The position numbers and the translations under genes were made by a program. A DNA stretch of 64,000 nucleotides. Source: an uncultured Bordetella sp. (lineage in GTDB: Bacteria > Pseudomonadota > Gammaproteobacteria > Burkholderiales > SG8-41). The DNA is taken from positions 40,454 through 104,453 of the forward strand of contig CAZHFZ010000001.1 in assembly GCA_964531455.1 (NCBI GenBank). The letters are read 5' to 3'. The notes under the pieces are model-generated. The model did not search any database. It worked only from the letters and a program-made list of their open reading frames with translations, and had not been told where the DNA came from. The stretch's first letter is position 1, and every line of letters begins with the position of its first letter. Below, one piece after another: positions 12,177 through 25,038 of this stretch.

Positions 12177-13517
12177 ATGATTCAGCGCGACACCATAGCT
12201 GCAATTGCCACCGCGCCCGGCCGCGGCGGTATCGGTGTCGTCCGCATATCCGGACACGATCTTGCGCGCTTTGCATCAACACTGATCCCCCGTTCGCTGG
12301 AGCCACGTCGTGCAATGCTCACCACATTTTGTGATGCTGACGGTCAGCCACTGGATGAGGGTATAGCGCTGTTCTTTCCGGCACCGAATTCATACACCGG
12401 CGAAGACGTTATTGAATTACAGGGTCACGGCGGCCCAGTCGTCATGCGTCAGCTGTTGCAGCGTTGTGTCGAATTGGGCGCCCGCCCGTCCCGTCCCGGG
12501 GAGTTCACCGAACGCGCCTACCTTAACGGCCGCATGGACCTGACGCAGGCTGAGGGGGTGGCTGATCTGATCGAGGCATCGACGGCTTTGGCCGCGCGCG
12601 CTGCCTTACGCTCGCTGCAGGGCGATTTTTCTGAATTAATACAAGAGCTTGAATCAAAAATCGTGGCCTTGCGCACCTTGCTGGAAGCCACGCTGGATTT
12701 TCCGGAGGAAGAAGTCGAGTTTTTGACAGCCGGGCGTGCTGCGGATCAGTTGATTGCAATCCGTGAGCAGCTCGACCGGGTCATGGCGTCGACCCGGCAG
12801 GGCAGCCTGCTGAGAGACGGGATTCAGGTGGTACTGATCGGTGAGCCCAATGTCGGTAAATCCAGTCTGCTGAACCGGCTGGCCGGCGAGGACGTTGCCA
12901 TCGTCACTGATGTCCCCGGTACCACGCGGGACGCGGTGCGTGAGCAGATCGATATCGATGGATTACCGGTGCACATCATCGATACCGCCGGTCTGCGCGA
13001 GACCGAGGATGCGGTTGAGCGCATCGGCATCAGCCGCACCTGGGCGCAGATTGAAAAGGCCGATCTGGCGCTGGTAGTCTCGGATGCCGCCAGCACCGAT
13101 GACTCCGGCCATCAGGCGATCATCAACCGACTACCCGCCGGACTGGCGCGTGTCCGTGTTCTCAACAAGATCGATCTGGCGGCGCGACTAGCCGCTCGGG
13201 AAACGCATGGCCATGAAGACCGGGTTTGGGTCTCGGCCAAAACCGGCGCCGGTGTGGACCAACTGAAGCAGGCGATCTGGGATCGAGCCGGCTGGCACCC
13301 CTCCGGAGAAGGGCTGTTCACCGCCCGGGCTCGCCATATGGCGGCTTTGCAATCCGCCCAGACTCATCTCGCGCAAGCGGCGGCACAGACCCAGCAACTG
13401 GAGCTGTATGCGGAAGAGTTGCGCTTGGCGCACGAAGCGCTGTGCGCGATCACCGGTGAGTTCACACCCGACGATTTGCTCGGCGAAATTTTCTCCAAGT
13501 TCTGCATCGGCAAGTAG
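12177..13517 (+). CDS. mnmE: tRNA modification GTPase MnmE (TrmE)
   Basis: [44 protein letters not shown], terminal FCIGK. Confidence 0.98.
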   Translation: MIQRDTIAAIATAPGRGGIGVVRISGHDLARFASTLIPRSLEPRRAMLTTFCDADGQPLDEGIALFFPAPNSYTGEDVIELQGHGGPVVMRQLLQRCVELGARPSRPGEFTERAYLNGRMDLTQAEGVADLIEASTALAARAALRSLQGDFSELIQELESKIVALRTLLEATLDFPEEEVEFLTAGRAADQLIAIREQLDRVMASTRQGSLLRDGIQVVLIGEPNVGKSSLLNRLAGEDVAIVTDVPGTTRDAVREQIDIDGLPVHIIDTAGLRETEDAVERIGISRTWAQIEKADLALVVSDAASTDDSGHQAIINRLPAGLARVRVLNKIDLAARLAARETHGHEDRVWVSAKTGAGVDQLKQAIWDRAGWHPSGEGLFTARARHMAALQSAQTHLAQAAAQTQQLELYAEELRLAHEALCAITGEFTPDDLLGEIFSKFCIGK

Positions 13518-13532
13518 CTGGGGCTTCGGGGG

Positions 13533-13548
13533 TGTTCCACGTGGAGCA
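13533..13548. promoter_or_regulatory. parS centromere site 1
   Basis: TGTTCCACGTGGAGCA, one mismatch from the parS palindrome TGTTCCACGTGGAACA. Confidence 0.8.
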
Positions 13549-13579
13549 TCCAGTTTGGCCGGAACCCTTTCCAACTCTA

Positions 13580-13595
13580 TGTTTCACGTGGAACA
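13580..13595. promoter_or_regulatory. parS centromere site 2
   Basis: TGTTTCACGTGGAACA, consensus parS; parAB lies ~2.6 kb downstream. Confidence 0.9.
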
Positions 13596-13699
13596 TTGGG
13601 TTGTTAGGCTACCCCTGGCTTTCGCTGCACCGCCAAACTGAGCTATCATTCGCGCCCGGCCCCGGGAGCAGGCGGCAACTCCAGATCGCAGCGCACCCA

Positions 13700-15595
13700 A
13701 TGACGCAATATCCTGAAAAATTTGATGTAATCGTAATCGGTGGCGGCCATGCCGGTACCGAGGCGGCGCTGGCCAGTGCGCGCATGGGACGCCGTACCCT
13801 GTTGTTGACCCACAGCGTCGAAACCTTGGGTCAGATGTCCTGCAATCCCTCGATCGGGGGCATCGGCAAGGGCCACCTGGTCAAGGAAGTGGATGCCATG
13901 GGCGGCGCGATGGCTGCAGCCACGGACGAAGCGGGGATCCAGTTCCGCATCCTTAATTCCCGCAAGGGCCCCGCAGTGCGCGCCACGCGCGCCCAGGCCG
14001 ATCGCGTGTTGTATCGGCAGGCCATCCGCAGCCGGATCGAGAACCAACCCAATCTGAGCGTTTTCCAGCAAGCCGTGGACGATCTGATCGTGCAGGGTGA
14101 CCGGGTCACCGGTGTCGTCACCCAGATCGGCCTGCGCTTTGAAGCGCGCGCCGTAGTGCTGACTGCCGGTACTTTCCTGTCCGGCCTGATTCATGTCGGT
14201 CTGCAAAACTATCAGGGCGGCCGCGCCGGCGATCCGCCGTCGGTCAGTCTGGCCGCGCGTTTGCGAGAACTGAAGCTGCCGGTCGGTCGGCTGAAGACCG
14301 GCACGCCACCGCGTATTGACGGCCGTACTATCGATTTTTCGCGACTGACTGAGCAGCCCGGTGATGATCCGGCGCCGGTGTTTTCCTTCCTCGGCCGGCG
14401 TGAGCAGCATCCGCGGCAGGTGCCGTGCTGGATCACCCATACCAATGAACGTACTCACGACGCGATCCGCGGCGGGCTGGACCGCTCGCCGATGTTTACC
14501 GGCGTGATCGAAGGCGTGGGGCCGCGCTACTGTCCTTCTATTGAAGACAAGATCCATCGTTTTGCTGACAAATCGTCCCACCAGATTTTCCTTGAACCAG
14601 AAGGCCTGACGGTTCACGAGTATTACCCCAACGGGATTTCCACCAGTCTGCCCTTCGATGTGCAGCTGGCTGTGGTGCGCTCGATCGAAGGCATGGAGCA
14701 CGCGCATATCACGCGTCCCGGCTACGCCATCGAATACGACTACTTCGACCCGCGCGGTCTGAAGGTTTCGCTGGAAACCAAGGCGATTGCCGGTTTGTTT
14801 TTTGCCGGCCAGATCAACGGCACGACTGGTTACGAAGAGGCCGCTGCGCAAGGTTTGCTGGCCGGCATCAATGCCGGTCTGCTGGCCTCGGGAAAGGAAT
14901 CCTGGCATCCGACCCGCGACCAAGCCTACCTCGGCGTGCTGGTCGATGACTTGATTACCCGCGGCGTTTCCGAGCCCTACCGCATGTTCACCAGCCGTGC
15001 CGAATACCGGCTGTCCCTGCGCGAAGACAATGCCGATTTGCGCCTGACCGAGATCGGTCGGCGCCTTGGCGTAGTCGATGATCAGCGCTGGGAAACCTTC
15101 GCCCGAAAGCGCGAGGAAATCGCGCTGGAGCAAGAACGCCTGAAGTCGATCTGGGTCAATCCGCAGATTTTGCCTGAACAGCAAGCTATTGATTTAATTG
15201 GTAAATCATTGGAACGTGAGTATTCACTCTCCGATTTGCTCCGACGTCCCGAGGTCAGCTATACCAGCTTGATGGCATTGCCCGGCGCAGGTCCCGGCAC
15301 GACCGATCTGCAGGTCGCCGAACAGGTTGAAATCCAGGCCAAATATCAGGGCTACATCGATCGCCAGAAAACCGAAATCGAACATCGCGCACTACAGGAA
15401 GACCTGCGTCTGCCGGCCGAACTGGATTACGCCCAGGTGCGCGGTCTGTCCATCGAAGTCCAGCAAAAACTCAATCGCGCCAAACCGGAAACTGTCGGTC
15501 AGGCCTCGCGTGTATCCGGTGTGACGCCGGCAGCGATTTCGGTTCTGTTGGTGCATTTGAAACGCAACGCCGCGGCCTTAAAGAAAAGCGCATGA
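13700..15595 (+). CDS. mnmG: tRNA uridine 5-carboxymethylaminomethyl modification enzyme MnmG (GidA)
   Basis: Start reassigned to [23 protein letters not shown]; [40 protein letters not shown]. Confidence 0.98.
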   Translation: MTQYPEKFDVIVIGGGHAGTEAALASARMGRRTLLLTHSVETLGQMSCNPSIGGIGKGHLVKEVDAMGGAMAAATDEAGIQFRILNSRKGPAVRATRAQADRVLYRQAIRSRIENQPNLSVFQQAVDDLIVQGDRVTGVVTQIGLRFEARAVVLTAGTFLSGLIHVGLQNYQGGRAGDPPSVSLAARLRELKLPVGRLKTGTPPRIDGRTIDFSRLTEQPGDDPAPVFSFLGRREQHPRQVPCWITHTNERTHDAIRGGLDRSPMFTGVIEGVGPRYCPSIEDKIHRFADKSSHQIFLEPEGLTVHEYYPNGISTSLPFDVQLAVVRSIEGMEHAHITRPGYAIEYDYFDPRGLKVSLETKAIAGLFFAGQINGTTGYEEAAAQGLLAGINAGLLASGKESWHPTRDQAYLGVLVDDLITRGVSEPYRMFTSRAEYRLSLREDNADLRLTEIGRRLGVVDDQRWETFARKREEIALEQERLKSIWVNPQILPEQQAIDLIGKSLEREYSLSDLLRRPEVSYTSLMALPGAGPGTTDLQVAEQVEIQAKYQGYIDRQKTEIEHRALQEDLRLPAELDYAQVRGLSIEVQQKLNRAKPETVGQASRVSGVTPAAISVLLVHLKRNAAALKKSA

Positions 15596-16221
15596 GCCTC
15601 GCCGCTGATCTGGCTGCGGGCATTGCCGCATTGGGCATCGCCGTGCCGGCAGATGCGCAACAGCGTCTGCTGGACTATCTCGCGCTGATCGGCAAATGGA
15701 ACAAGGCCTATAACCTGACTGCTGTGCGTGAGCCTGAAAAAATGCTCACTCACCACCTGCTCGACTCACTCGCGGTATTGCCCCATGTGCGCGGCCCGCG
15801 TGTGCTCGATGTCGGCACCGGCGCCGGATTGCCCGGCATTCCGCTGGCGCTGGCGCGGCCCGACTGGCAGATCACCCTGCTCGATTCCAATCAGAAAAAA
15901 ACCACATTCCTGCGCCAGGTCATGATCGAACTCAAACTGGGCAACGTCGAGGTGGCCTGTGCGCGTGTCGAAGCTTGGTCTGCGCCGCAGTCTTTTAATA
16001 CGGTGGTCTCTCGCGCGTTTTCTGAAATTTCCGAATTTCTCGCGCTGGCCGGAAAACACTGCGCAAAGGACGGCGTGATGATTGCGATGAAGGGGATTTA
16101 TCCCCGTGACGAACTGGCGCATCTGCCAGGCGAATTCAATTTGCGCAGCGTGGTGGCGTTGAACGTGCCGGGTCTGGGCGCGGAGCGCCATGCCGCCCTG
16201 CTTCAACTGGCGGCGGCCTGA
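15592..16221 (+). CDS. rsmG: 16S rRNA m7G527 methyltransferase RsmG (GidB)
   Basis: [36 protein letters not shown]. Confidence 0.97.
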   Translation: MSLAADLAAGIAALGIAVPADAQQRLLDYLALIGKWNKAYNLTAVREPEKMLTHHLLDSLAVLPHVRGPRVLDVGTGAGLPGIPLALARPDWQITLLDSNQKKTTFLRQVMIELKLGNVEVACARVEAWSAPQSFNTVVSRAFSEISEFLALAGKHCAKDGVMIAMKGIYPRDELAHLPGEFNLRSVVALNVPGLGAERHAALLQLAAA

Positions 16222-17003
16222 TGCGCATCATCGCCATCACCAACCAGAAAGGCGGCGTCGGCAAAACAACGACCGGCGTCAATCTCGCCGCCAGTCTCGC
16301 TGCGATGCAGCGCCGCGTGCTGCTGGTCGATCTTGATCCTCAGGGCAATGCCACGATGGGCAGCGGCGTCGACAAGCGCAGCCTTGCGGCGACGGTGTAT
16401 CACGTGCTGCTCGGAGAAAAACAGGTGACCGAGGTGCGTCAACGCGCGGCGAACGCCGGTTATGACGTCTTGCCGTCGAACCGAGAACTGGCTGGGGCTG
16501 AAGTGGAATTGGTCGATATCGAACACCGCGAAACGCGCCTTAAAGAAGCCCTGCTGACGGTCGCTTCCGAATACGATTTCATCCTGATCGATTGTCCGCC
16601 GGCGTTGAACCTGCTGACGGTCAATGGACTGACCGCGGCTCAATCGGTGATGATTCCGATGCAATGCGAGTACTACGCGCTTGAAGGCTTGTCGGATCTG
16701 GTCAGCACCATCAAACGCGTGCGTGCCCATCTCAATCCGGTACTCGAAATCGAAGGTCTGCTGCGCACGATGTACGACCCGCGCAACACGCTGGCGCAGC
16801 AGGTGTCAGCGCAGTTACTGCAGCACTTCGGCGACAAGGTCTATCGCACGGTGATTCCGCGCAATGTGCGTCTGGCCGAAGCGCCCAGCCACGGTCTGCC
16901 GGCGCTGGAGTTTGATCGGGCTTCCAAAGGTGCCCAGGCCTATCTGGCTTTGGCCGGTGAAATGCTCAATCGCACCGAAGCGCGTGCCGAAGAGACAACG
17001 TAA
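16221..17003 (+). CDS. parA: Chromosome partitioning ATPase ParA (Soj)
   Basis: NQKGGVGKTTT, DLDPQGNAT, IDCPP, IPRNVRLAEAPSHG. Confidence 0.97.
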   Translation: MRIIAITNQKGGVGKTTTGVNLAASLAAMQRRVLLVDLDPQGNATMGSGVDKRSLAATVYHVLLGEKQVTEVRQRAANAGYDVLPSNRELAGAEVELVDIEHRETRLKEALLTVASEYDFILIDCPPALNLLTVNGLTAAQSVMIPMQCEYYALEGLSDLVSTIKRVRAHLNPVLEIEGLLRTMYDPRNTLAQQVSAQLLQHFGDKVYRTVIPRNVRLAEAPSHGLPALEFDRASKGAQAYLALAGEMLNRTEARAEETT

Positions 17004-17025
17004 GTATTTGTTAACAAAGGTTTAT

Positions 17026-17889
17026 ATGGTCAAGATCAAAGGTTTGGGACGCGGCCTCGACGCATTGCTCGGTGGTGATAACGATGCCCCTGTCGCTGCT
17101 GCAACCGGCGATACGGTCAACACGCTACCGGTCGCTGCGCTGCAACCCGGCAAATACCAGCCGCGCACGCGTATGGACCAGGAAGCGCTGAATTCGCTGG
17201 CGGCTTCGATCAAGGCCCAGGGCATCATGCAGCCGATCCTGGTACGGCCGATTGGCGATGGCAAACATGAAATCATTGCCGGTGAACGGCGCTGGCGCGC
17301 GGCACGGATCGCCGGCTTGAGCAGCGTGCCGGTGCTGGTGCGTAATGTTCCCGACCAGCAGGCGCTGGCAGTAGCGCTGATTGAGAACATTCAGCGTGAA
17401 GACCTCAACGCACTCGAAGAAGCTGCCGGCATTGACCGTCTGATCCGCGAGTTTTCACTGACGCATCAAGCGGTGGCCGATGCGGTCGGAAAGTCGCGTA
17501 CGACAGTGACCAATCTGCTGCGATTGCTCGATTTGCCGCCACCGGTGCGTGAACTTCTGGCGCAGGGCCAGCTCGAAATGGGTCATGCCCGCGCCTTGCT
17601 GGTGTTGCCTGCCGATCAGCAGATCGCTCTGGCGCGTGAAGCCGCCGCGGAAGGTTGGTCGGTACGTGAGGTGGAACGGCGCGTCGGCGTCGGGCTCAAG
17701 AAAAACGTGTCATCGGGCAAACGGATTGCGCGCAAAGATCGCGATGTTGCCCGCCTCGAGGAAGAAATATCGGATCGACTGGGCACGATGGTGCAGATCA
17801 AGACCGGGTCCCGTGCCGGCAGTGGCAACGTGGTGATTGCCTATCGGACACTTGAACAACTTGATGCGCTGCTGGCCCGGCTCAAATAA
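17026..17889 (+). CDS. parB: Chromosome partitioning protein ParB (Spo0J)
   Basis: MVKIKGLGRGLDALL, YQPR, IIAGERRWRAA, ENIQREDLN, HTH GKSRTTVTNLLRLL. Confidence 0.97.
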   Translation: MVKIKGLGRGLDALLGGDNDAPVAAATGDTVNTLPVAALQPGKYQPRTRMDQEALNSLAASIKAQGIMQPILVRPIGDGKHEIIAGERRWRAARIAGLSSVPVLVRNVPDQQALAVALIENIQREDLNALEEAAGIDRLIREFSLTHQAVADAVGKSRTTVTNLLRLLDLPPPVRELLAQGQLEMGHARALLVLPADQQIALAREAAAEGWSVREVERRVGVGLKKNVSSGKRIARKDRDVARLEEEISDRLGTMVQIKTGSRAGSGNVVIAYRTLEQLDALLARLK

Positions 17890-17915
17890 ACACGTGCGCC
17901 GCACCGCAACAATAT

Positions 17916-17945
17916 TTGACGCTACTTCGTCGTTAATTGTAAAAT
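17916..17945 (+). promoter_or_regulatory. Putative sigma70 promoter of the atp operon
   Basis: TTGACG-N18-TAAAAT upstream of atpI. Confidence 0.6.
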
Positions 17946-17997
17946 TTAAGGATTTTGTGGGCCTGCCCCAGCCTTTTTACAGTGCGGGGCGCGTCGT

Positions 17998-18348
17998 ATG
18001 ATCGCGTTGGTGGCTGCGGTTCAGGTTGCGATCGTGGCGGCGGTATCTGCACTCGCATGGTGGCTTTCTGGTGTCGAGTCGGCTCAGGCGATTGCTGCAG
18101 GTGGAGGGTGTGCGTGGGCCGGAACGCTGGCTTATGCGGCGGGTCAAATGATGGTTCCGGGACGCAGTGCTTCAAGACTGTTGTGGAGCCACATGACCGG
18201 CGAAGTTGCAAAGATTGGCGTTGCCTTGGGCCTGCTGTTCTGGGGGCTGAGTGCGGACCGGGGTTTTGCCGCCGGGCCGTTTCTTGCAGGTTTCATCGTG
18301 GCGTTGCTGGCCTACCCGCTGGCGATTCCGCTGTTAAAAAGTAAGTAA
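17998..18348 (+). CDS. atpI: ATP synthase protein I (AtpI/UncI)
   Basis: Small hydrophobic multi-TM ORF with GEVAKI motif directly before atpB; start uncertain. Confidence 0.75.
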   Translation: MIALVAAVQVAIVAAVSALAWWLSGVESAQAIAAGGGCAWAGTLAYAAGQMMVPGRSASRLLWSHMTGEVAKIGVALGLLFWGLSADRGFAAGPFLAGFIVALLAYPLAIPLLKSK

Positions 18349-19185
<837 letters not shown>

Positions 19186-19241
19186 TGCAGTATTGCTGAA
19201 TCCGATTAGCCGCAAATTTGCCGTATTTAAATTCGCAGTAA

Positions 19242-19541
<300 letters not shown>

Positions 19542-19565
19542 CCGGCCCTCTGAACGACCACAGCC

Positions 19566-20036
19566 ATGAACATCAACGCCACCCTGTTTGTCCAGGCGCT
19601 GTCGTTTGCGGCGCTGATCTGGTTTTCGGTCCGTTTCGTCTGGCCGATGATCACCGACGCGATGGACGAGCGTACCAAGCGTATCGCCGACGGCCTTGCT
19701 GCGGCTGAGGCCGGCAAGCAATCGCTGGAGCGTTCAGCCAAGCAGGCCGACGAAGCGATTGCCCAGGCCCGCGGACGTGTGACTGAAATTCTGACTCAGG
19801 CCGAAAAACGCGCCAGCCAGATGATCGAAGAAGCCAAAGCTTCAGCCAAGGTTGAAGGCGACCGTCTGGTGGCTGGTGCCAAGGCTGAAATCGAGCAGGA
19901 AGTTGCCCGTGCGCGCGAGACGCTGCGGACCCAGGTTGCGGCCCTTGCCGTGGCCGGTGCCGAGCAGATTCTCAAACGCGAAGTCGACGCCAAGGCTCAC
20001 GCCGACCTGATTGCCGCCGTGCAGAAACAGCTCTGA
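19566..20036 (+). CDS. atpF: ATP synthase F0 subunit b
   Basis: [10 protein letters not shown]...FVWP...[14 protein letters not shown], coiled coil. Confidence 0.97.
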   Translation: MNINATLFVQALSFAALIWFSVRFVWPMITDAMDERTKRIADGLAAAEAGKQSLERSAKQADEAIAQARGRVTEILTQAEKRASQMIEEAKASAKVEGDRLVAGAKAEIEQEVARARETLRTQVAALAVAGAEQILKREVDAKAHADLIAAVQKQL

Positions 20037-20043
20037 TTCCGAT

Positions 20044-20580
20044 ATGGCCGAACCCGTCACCATCGCCCGACCCTACGCCGAAGCCGCATTCAAGCTCGCC
20101 CGCGAGCAGAATGCGTTGCCTGCATGGTCCGATGCGCTTGAATTGATCAACGCCGTTGTAGCCGATGCGCAGATTGCTGCACTGATTGATGCTCCGAATG
20201 TCGGGGCCGCCCAGCTGGAGGGCGTGATCATCGGTGCGGTCGGCAAAAACCTCTCCGGCGAAGCGCGCAACTTCGTGCAGGTGCTGGTGCAGAACCGCCG
20301 TCTCGGCCTGATCGTGCAGATCCGCGAGATGTATGAGGCATTGCGCCGTGACCATGAAGGTGCGATGGAAGCGACCGTAGTCTCGGCCCTGCCGCTGGCG
20401 GATGGCCAGCTGCAGTCGCTGGTGGCGACGCTGGAAAAGAAATACAGCCGCAAGATTACGGCCAAAGTCGAACTCGATCCGAAACTTATCGGCGGCCTGA
20501 AGATCGTGGTCGGCGACAAAGTCATTGATGCAACGGTGCGCGGCAAGCTGGACGCGATGGCCGCCGCGCTTACCCACTAA
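20044..20580 (+). CDS. atpH: ATP synthase F1 subunit delta
   Basis: MAEPVTIARPYAEAAF, LIGGLKIVVGDKVIDATVRGKL. Confidence 0.97.
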   Translation: MAEPVTIARPYAEAAFKLAREQNALPAWSDALELINAVVADAQIAALIDAPNVGAAQLEGVIIGAVGKNLSGEARNFVQVLVQNRRLGLIVQIREMYEALRRDHEGAMEATVVSALPLADGQLQSLVATLEKKYSRKITAKVELDPKLIGGLKIVVGDKVIDATVRGKLDAMAAALTH

Positions 20581-20597
20581 GGTATTAGGAGCAACAC

Positions 20598-22139
20598 ATG
20601 CAACTCAATCCTTCCGAGATCAGCGAACTCATCAAAAGCCGGATTCAGAATCTGGCGGGGACCACCGAAGCGCGTACGCAGGGCACGGTGATTTCGGTAA
20701 CCGACGGCATTTGCCGCATCCACGGTCTGGCCGATGTGATGCAGGGCGAGATGCTGGAATTCCCGAAAAACACCTTCGGCCTCGCACTGAACCTCGAGCG
20801 TGACTCGGTCGGTGCGGTGATTCTGGGTGAATACGAACACATCTCCGAAGGCGACGTGGTCAAGACCACGGGCCGCATTCTCGAAGTGCCGGTCGGTCCG
20901 GAACTGATCGGCCGCGTCGTCAATTCGCTGGGTCAGCCGATCGACGGCAAGGGCCCGGTCAACGCCAAGATGACGGACGTGATCGAGAAGGTTGCGCCGG
21001 GCGTGATCGCGCGTAAATCGGTGTCGCAGCCGGTGCAGACCGGCCTGAAGTCGATTGATGCGATGGTGCCCGTGGGCCGCGGCCAGCGCGAGCTGATCAT
21101 CGGTGACCGCCAGACCGGCAAGACTGCGGTGGCGCTCGACACCATCATCAATCAGAAGGGTAAGGACCTGATCTGCATTTATGTCGCGATCGGCCAGAAA
21201 GCCTCTTCGATCAAGAACGTGGTGCGCAAACTCGAAGAACATGGTGCGATGGATTACACCATCGTTGTTGCTGCAACTGCTTCCGAATCCGCCGCGATGC
21301 AGTTTATCGCGCCCTACTCCGGCTGCACGATGGGCGAGTATTTCCGCGACCGCGGCCAGGACGCGCTGATCATTTATGACGACTTGACCAAACAGGCCTG
21401 GGCTTACCGTCAGGTATCGCTGTTGCTGCGTCGCCCGCCGGGTCGTGAAGCCTATCCCGGCGATGTGTTCTATCTGCACTCGCGGCTGCTTGAGCGCGCG
21501 GCGCGTGTCAACGAGGAATACGTCGAAGCCTTCACCAAGGGCGCGGTCAAAGGCAAGACCGGTTCGCTGACCGCATTACCGGTCATTGAAACCCAAGCCG
21601 GCGACGTGACGGCATTTGTGCCGACCAACGTGATTTCGATTACCGACGGCCAGATCTTCCTCGAGACCGATCTGTTCAACGCCGGTATCCGTCCCGCGAT
21701 CAACGCCGGTATTTCGGTGTCCCGCGTCGGCGGTGCTGCGCAGACCAAGATCATCAAGAAGCTGGGCGGTGGTGTGCGTCTGGCGCTGGCCCAGTATCGC
21801 GAGCTCGCGGCATTTGCGCAGTTCGCCTCGGACCTCGACGAAGCCACCCGCAAGCAGCTGGAGCGCGGCCGTCTGGTTACCGAACTGATGAAGCAGCCGC
21901 AGTACCGGCCGCTGCAGGTCTGGGAAATGGCGCTGACTTTGTTTGCGGTTAATGGCGGCTACTATGACGATGTCGATGTCAAAAAAGCGTTGGCGGCCGA
22001 GAATTCGATGCGCGATTACGTCCAGTCCAAGTACGGTGATCTGGTGAAACGTATTGAAGACACCAAGGATCTCAGCAAGGACGACGAAGAAAAACTGAAC
22101 GCCGCGATCAAGGACTGGAAGCAGAACGGTTCATACTAA
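20598..22139 (+). CDS. atpA: ATP synthase F1 subunit alpha
   Basis: [40 protein letters not shown]. Confidence 0.99.
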   Translation: MQLNPSEISELIKSRIQNLAGTTEARTQGTVISVTDGICRIHGLADVMQGEMLEFPKNTFGLALNLERDSVGAVILGEYEHISEGDVVKTTGRILEVPVGPELIGRVVNSLGQPIDGKGPVNAKMTDVIEKVAPGVIARKSVSQPVQTGLKSIDAMVPVGRGQRELIIGDRQTGKTAVALDTIINQKGKDLICIYVAIGQKASSIKNVVRKLEEHGAMDYTIVVAATASESAAMQFIAPYSGCTMGEYFRDRGQDALIIYDDLTKQAWAYRQVSLLLRRPPGREAYPGDVFYLHSRLLERAARVNEEYVEAFTKGAVKGKTGSLTALPVIETQAGDVTAFVPTNVISITDGQIFLETDLFNAGIRPAINAGISVSRVGGAAQTKIIKKLGGGVRLALAQYRELAAFAQFASDLDEATRKQLERGRLVTELMKQPQYRPLQVWEMALTLFAVNGGYYDDVDVKKALAAENSMRDYVQSKYGDLVKRIEDTKDLSKDDEEKLNAAIKDWKQNGSY

Positions 22140-22186
22140 GCGCGACGAAAAAGATAATTAACCGTTTAAAAACAGATACTTAAGAT

Positions 22187-23050
22187 ATGGCTGGCTCGAA
22201 GGAAATCCGCACCAAGATCAAGAGCGTGCAAAACACGCGCAAGATCACCAAGGCGATGGAAATGGTTGCAGCCTCAAAAATGCGGCGCGCCCAGGAACGC
22301 ATGCGCGCGACACGGCCGTACGTCGAAAAGATCCGCAATATCGCAGCCAATATCAGCCACGCCAATCCGGAATACCGCCACCCCTTCCTGGTGTCGCGCG
22401 ATTCAGTCCAACGTGTTGGCATCATTGTGGTTACTACGGACAAGGGGCTGTGCGGCGGTCTCAACACCAATGCCCTGCGTCTTGCGATGAACAAGATCAA
22501 GGAATTGGAAGCCGAGGGCGAAGAAATCGAAGTCTGCACGATCGGCAACAAGGGCTTGGGTTTTATGCAGCGCCTTGGAGCCAAGATCGTTTCCCAGGTG
22601 ACGGGCCTCGGCGACAAACCTCACATGGACAATCTGATCGGTGCGGTCAAGGTGATGCTCGACGGCTATACGACCGACCGCTTCGACCGCCTGCTGATCA
22701 TCTACACCAAGTTCATCAATACGATGAAGCAGGAAGCGGTAGTCGAACAAGTGCTGCCGCTTGCGGGAGATGCGCTGGGTGCACCCGGCGGCACATGGGA
22801 CTATATCTATGAGCCGGACGCCCAAGGCGTACTGGATCAGGTGATGACCCGTTACATTGAATCGCTGATTTACCAGTCGGTAGCCGAGAACATGGCTTCC
22901 GAGCAGTCAGCCCGGATGGTTGCGATGAAAGCAGCATCAGACAATGCCGGCAGCGTGATTGACGAATTGACACTGATTTACAACAAGACGCGACAAGCTT
23001 CCATTACCAAGGAGCTGTCGGAGATTGTCGGCGGCGCAGCGGCTGTTTGA
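22187..23050 (+). CDS. atpG: ATP synthase F1 subunit gamma
   Basis: [41 protein letters not shown]. Confidence 0.98.
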   Translation: MAGSKEIRTKIKSVQNTRKITKAMEMVAASKMRRAQERMRATRPYVEKIRNIAANISHANPEYRHPFLVSRDSVQRVGIIVVTTDKGLCGGLNTNALRLAMNKIKELEAEGEEIEVCTIGNKGLGFMQRLGAKIVSQVTGLGDKPHMDNLIGAVKVMLDGYTTDRFDRLLIIYTKFINTMKQEAVVEQVLPLAGDALGAPGGTWDYIYEPDAQGVLDQVMTRYIESLIYQSVAENMASEQSARMVAMKAASDNAGSVIDELTLIYNKTRQASITKELSEIVGGAAAV

Positions 23051-23092
23051 CGCTGTCGCACAATCTGATTGTTTGACGACATTTTGATTTAG

Positions 23093-24502
<1,410 letters not shown>

Positions 24503-24514
24503 GGCGTATTCAAC

Positions 24515-24940
24515 ATGACGACCCTTACCATGCACGTCGATGTAGTCAGCGCGGAAGAGCAGATCTATTCCGGGGAAGCTGAATTTGTCGTGCTGCCCGG
24601 AGAAGCCGGCGAGCTGGGCATTTATCCCCGGCATACCTCGCTGATCACCCGCATCAAGCCCGGTGAAGTGCGTATCAAGCCGGCCGGCGGTGGCGCTGAA
24701 GAGTTCATCTTCGTCGCAGGTGGCGTGCTGGAAGTCCAGCCCAAGGGAGTGACCGTACTGGCTGACACGGCGATTCGCGGCACTGATCTTGATGAAGCAA
24801 AAGCGAGTGAAGCACTCAAAAATGCCGAGGAAGCCCGCAAGAACGCCCAAGGCAAGCAGGAAGTGGCGACCGTCGAGGCTGAACTGGCGATGCTTGGTGC
24901 CCAGCTCGCTTCGATACGCAAACTACGCGGCAAACGCTGA
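24515..24940 (+). CDS. atpC: ATP synthase F1 subunit epsilon
   Basis: [35 protein letters not shown]. Confidence 0.97.
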   Translation: MTTLTMHVDVVSAEEQIYSGEAEFVVLPGEAGELGIYPRHTSLITRIKPGEVRIKPAGGGAEEFIFVAGGVLEVQPKGVTVLADTAIRGTDLDEAKASEALKNAEEARKNAQGKQEVATVEAELAMLGAQLASIRKLRGKR

Positions 24941-24957
24941 TTCATCCCGGAGCGGAT

Positions 24958-24992
24958 AAAAAAAGGGCAGCCCAGGCTGCCCTTTTTGTTTT
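24958..24992 (+). terminator. Intrinsic (probably bidirectional) terminator of the atp operon
   Basis: A7-GGGCAGCC ca GGCTGCCC-TTTTTGTTTT. Confidence 0.9.
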
Positions 24993-25023
24993 GCTGAAGG
25001 ATGCGGCGCAGCCGCTCACGTTC

Positions 25024-25032
25024 TGCGATAAT
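25024..25032 (+). promoter_or_regulatory. Extended -10 element for glmU (candidate leaderless promoter)
   Basis: TGcGATAAT, then 6 nt, then the ATG; no SD. Confidence 0.55.
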
Positions 25033-25038
25033 TTTCCC

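Noticed and set aside
13532-13699. N-terminal extension of MnmG beginning MFHVEH
   Set aside because: MFHVEH is simply the translation of parS; the conserved MnmG start is at 13700.
13646-15184. 512 aa antisense ORF over mnmG (also long antisense ORFs at 23717-24850, 31331-32437, 35346-36497, 36806-38176, 62769-63695)
   Set aside because: Shadow frames of high-GC, codon-biased genes; no recognisable motifs or RBS, and they largely or fully overlap confident genes.
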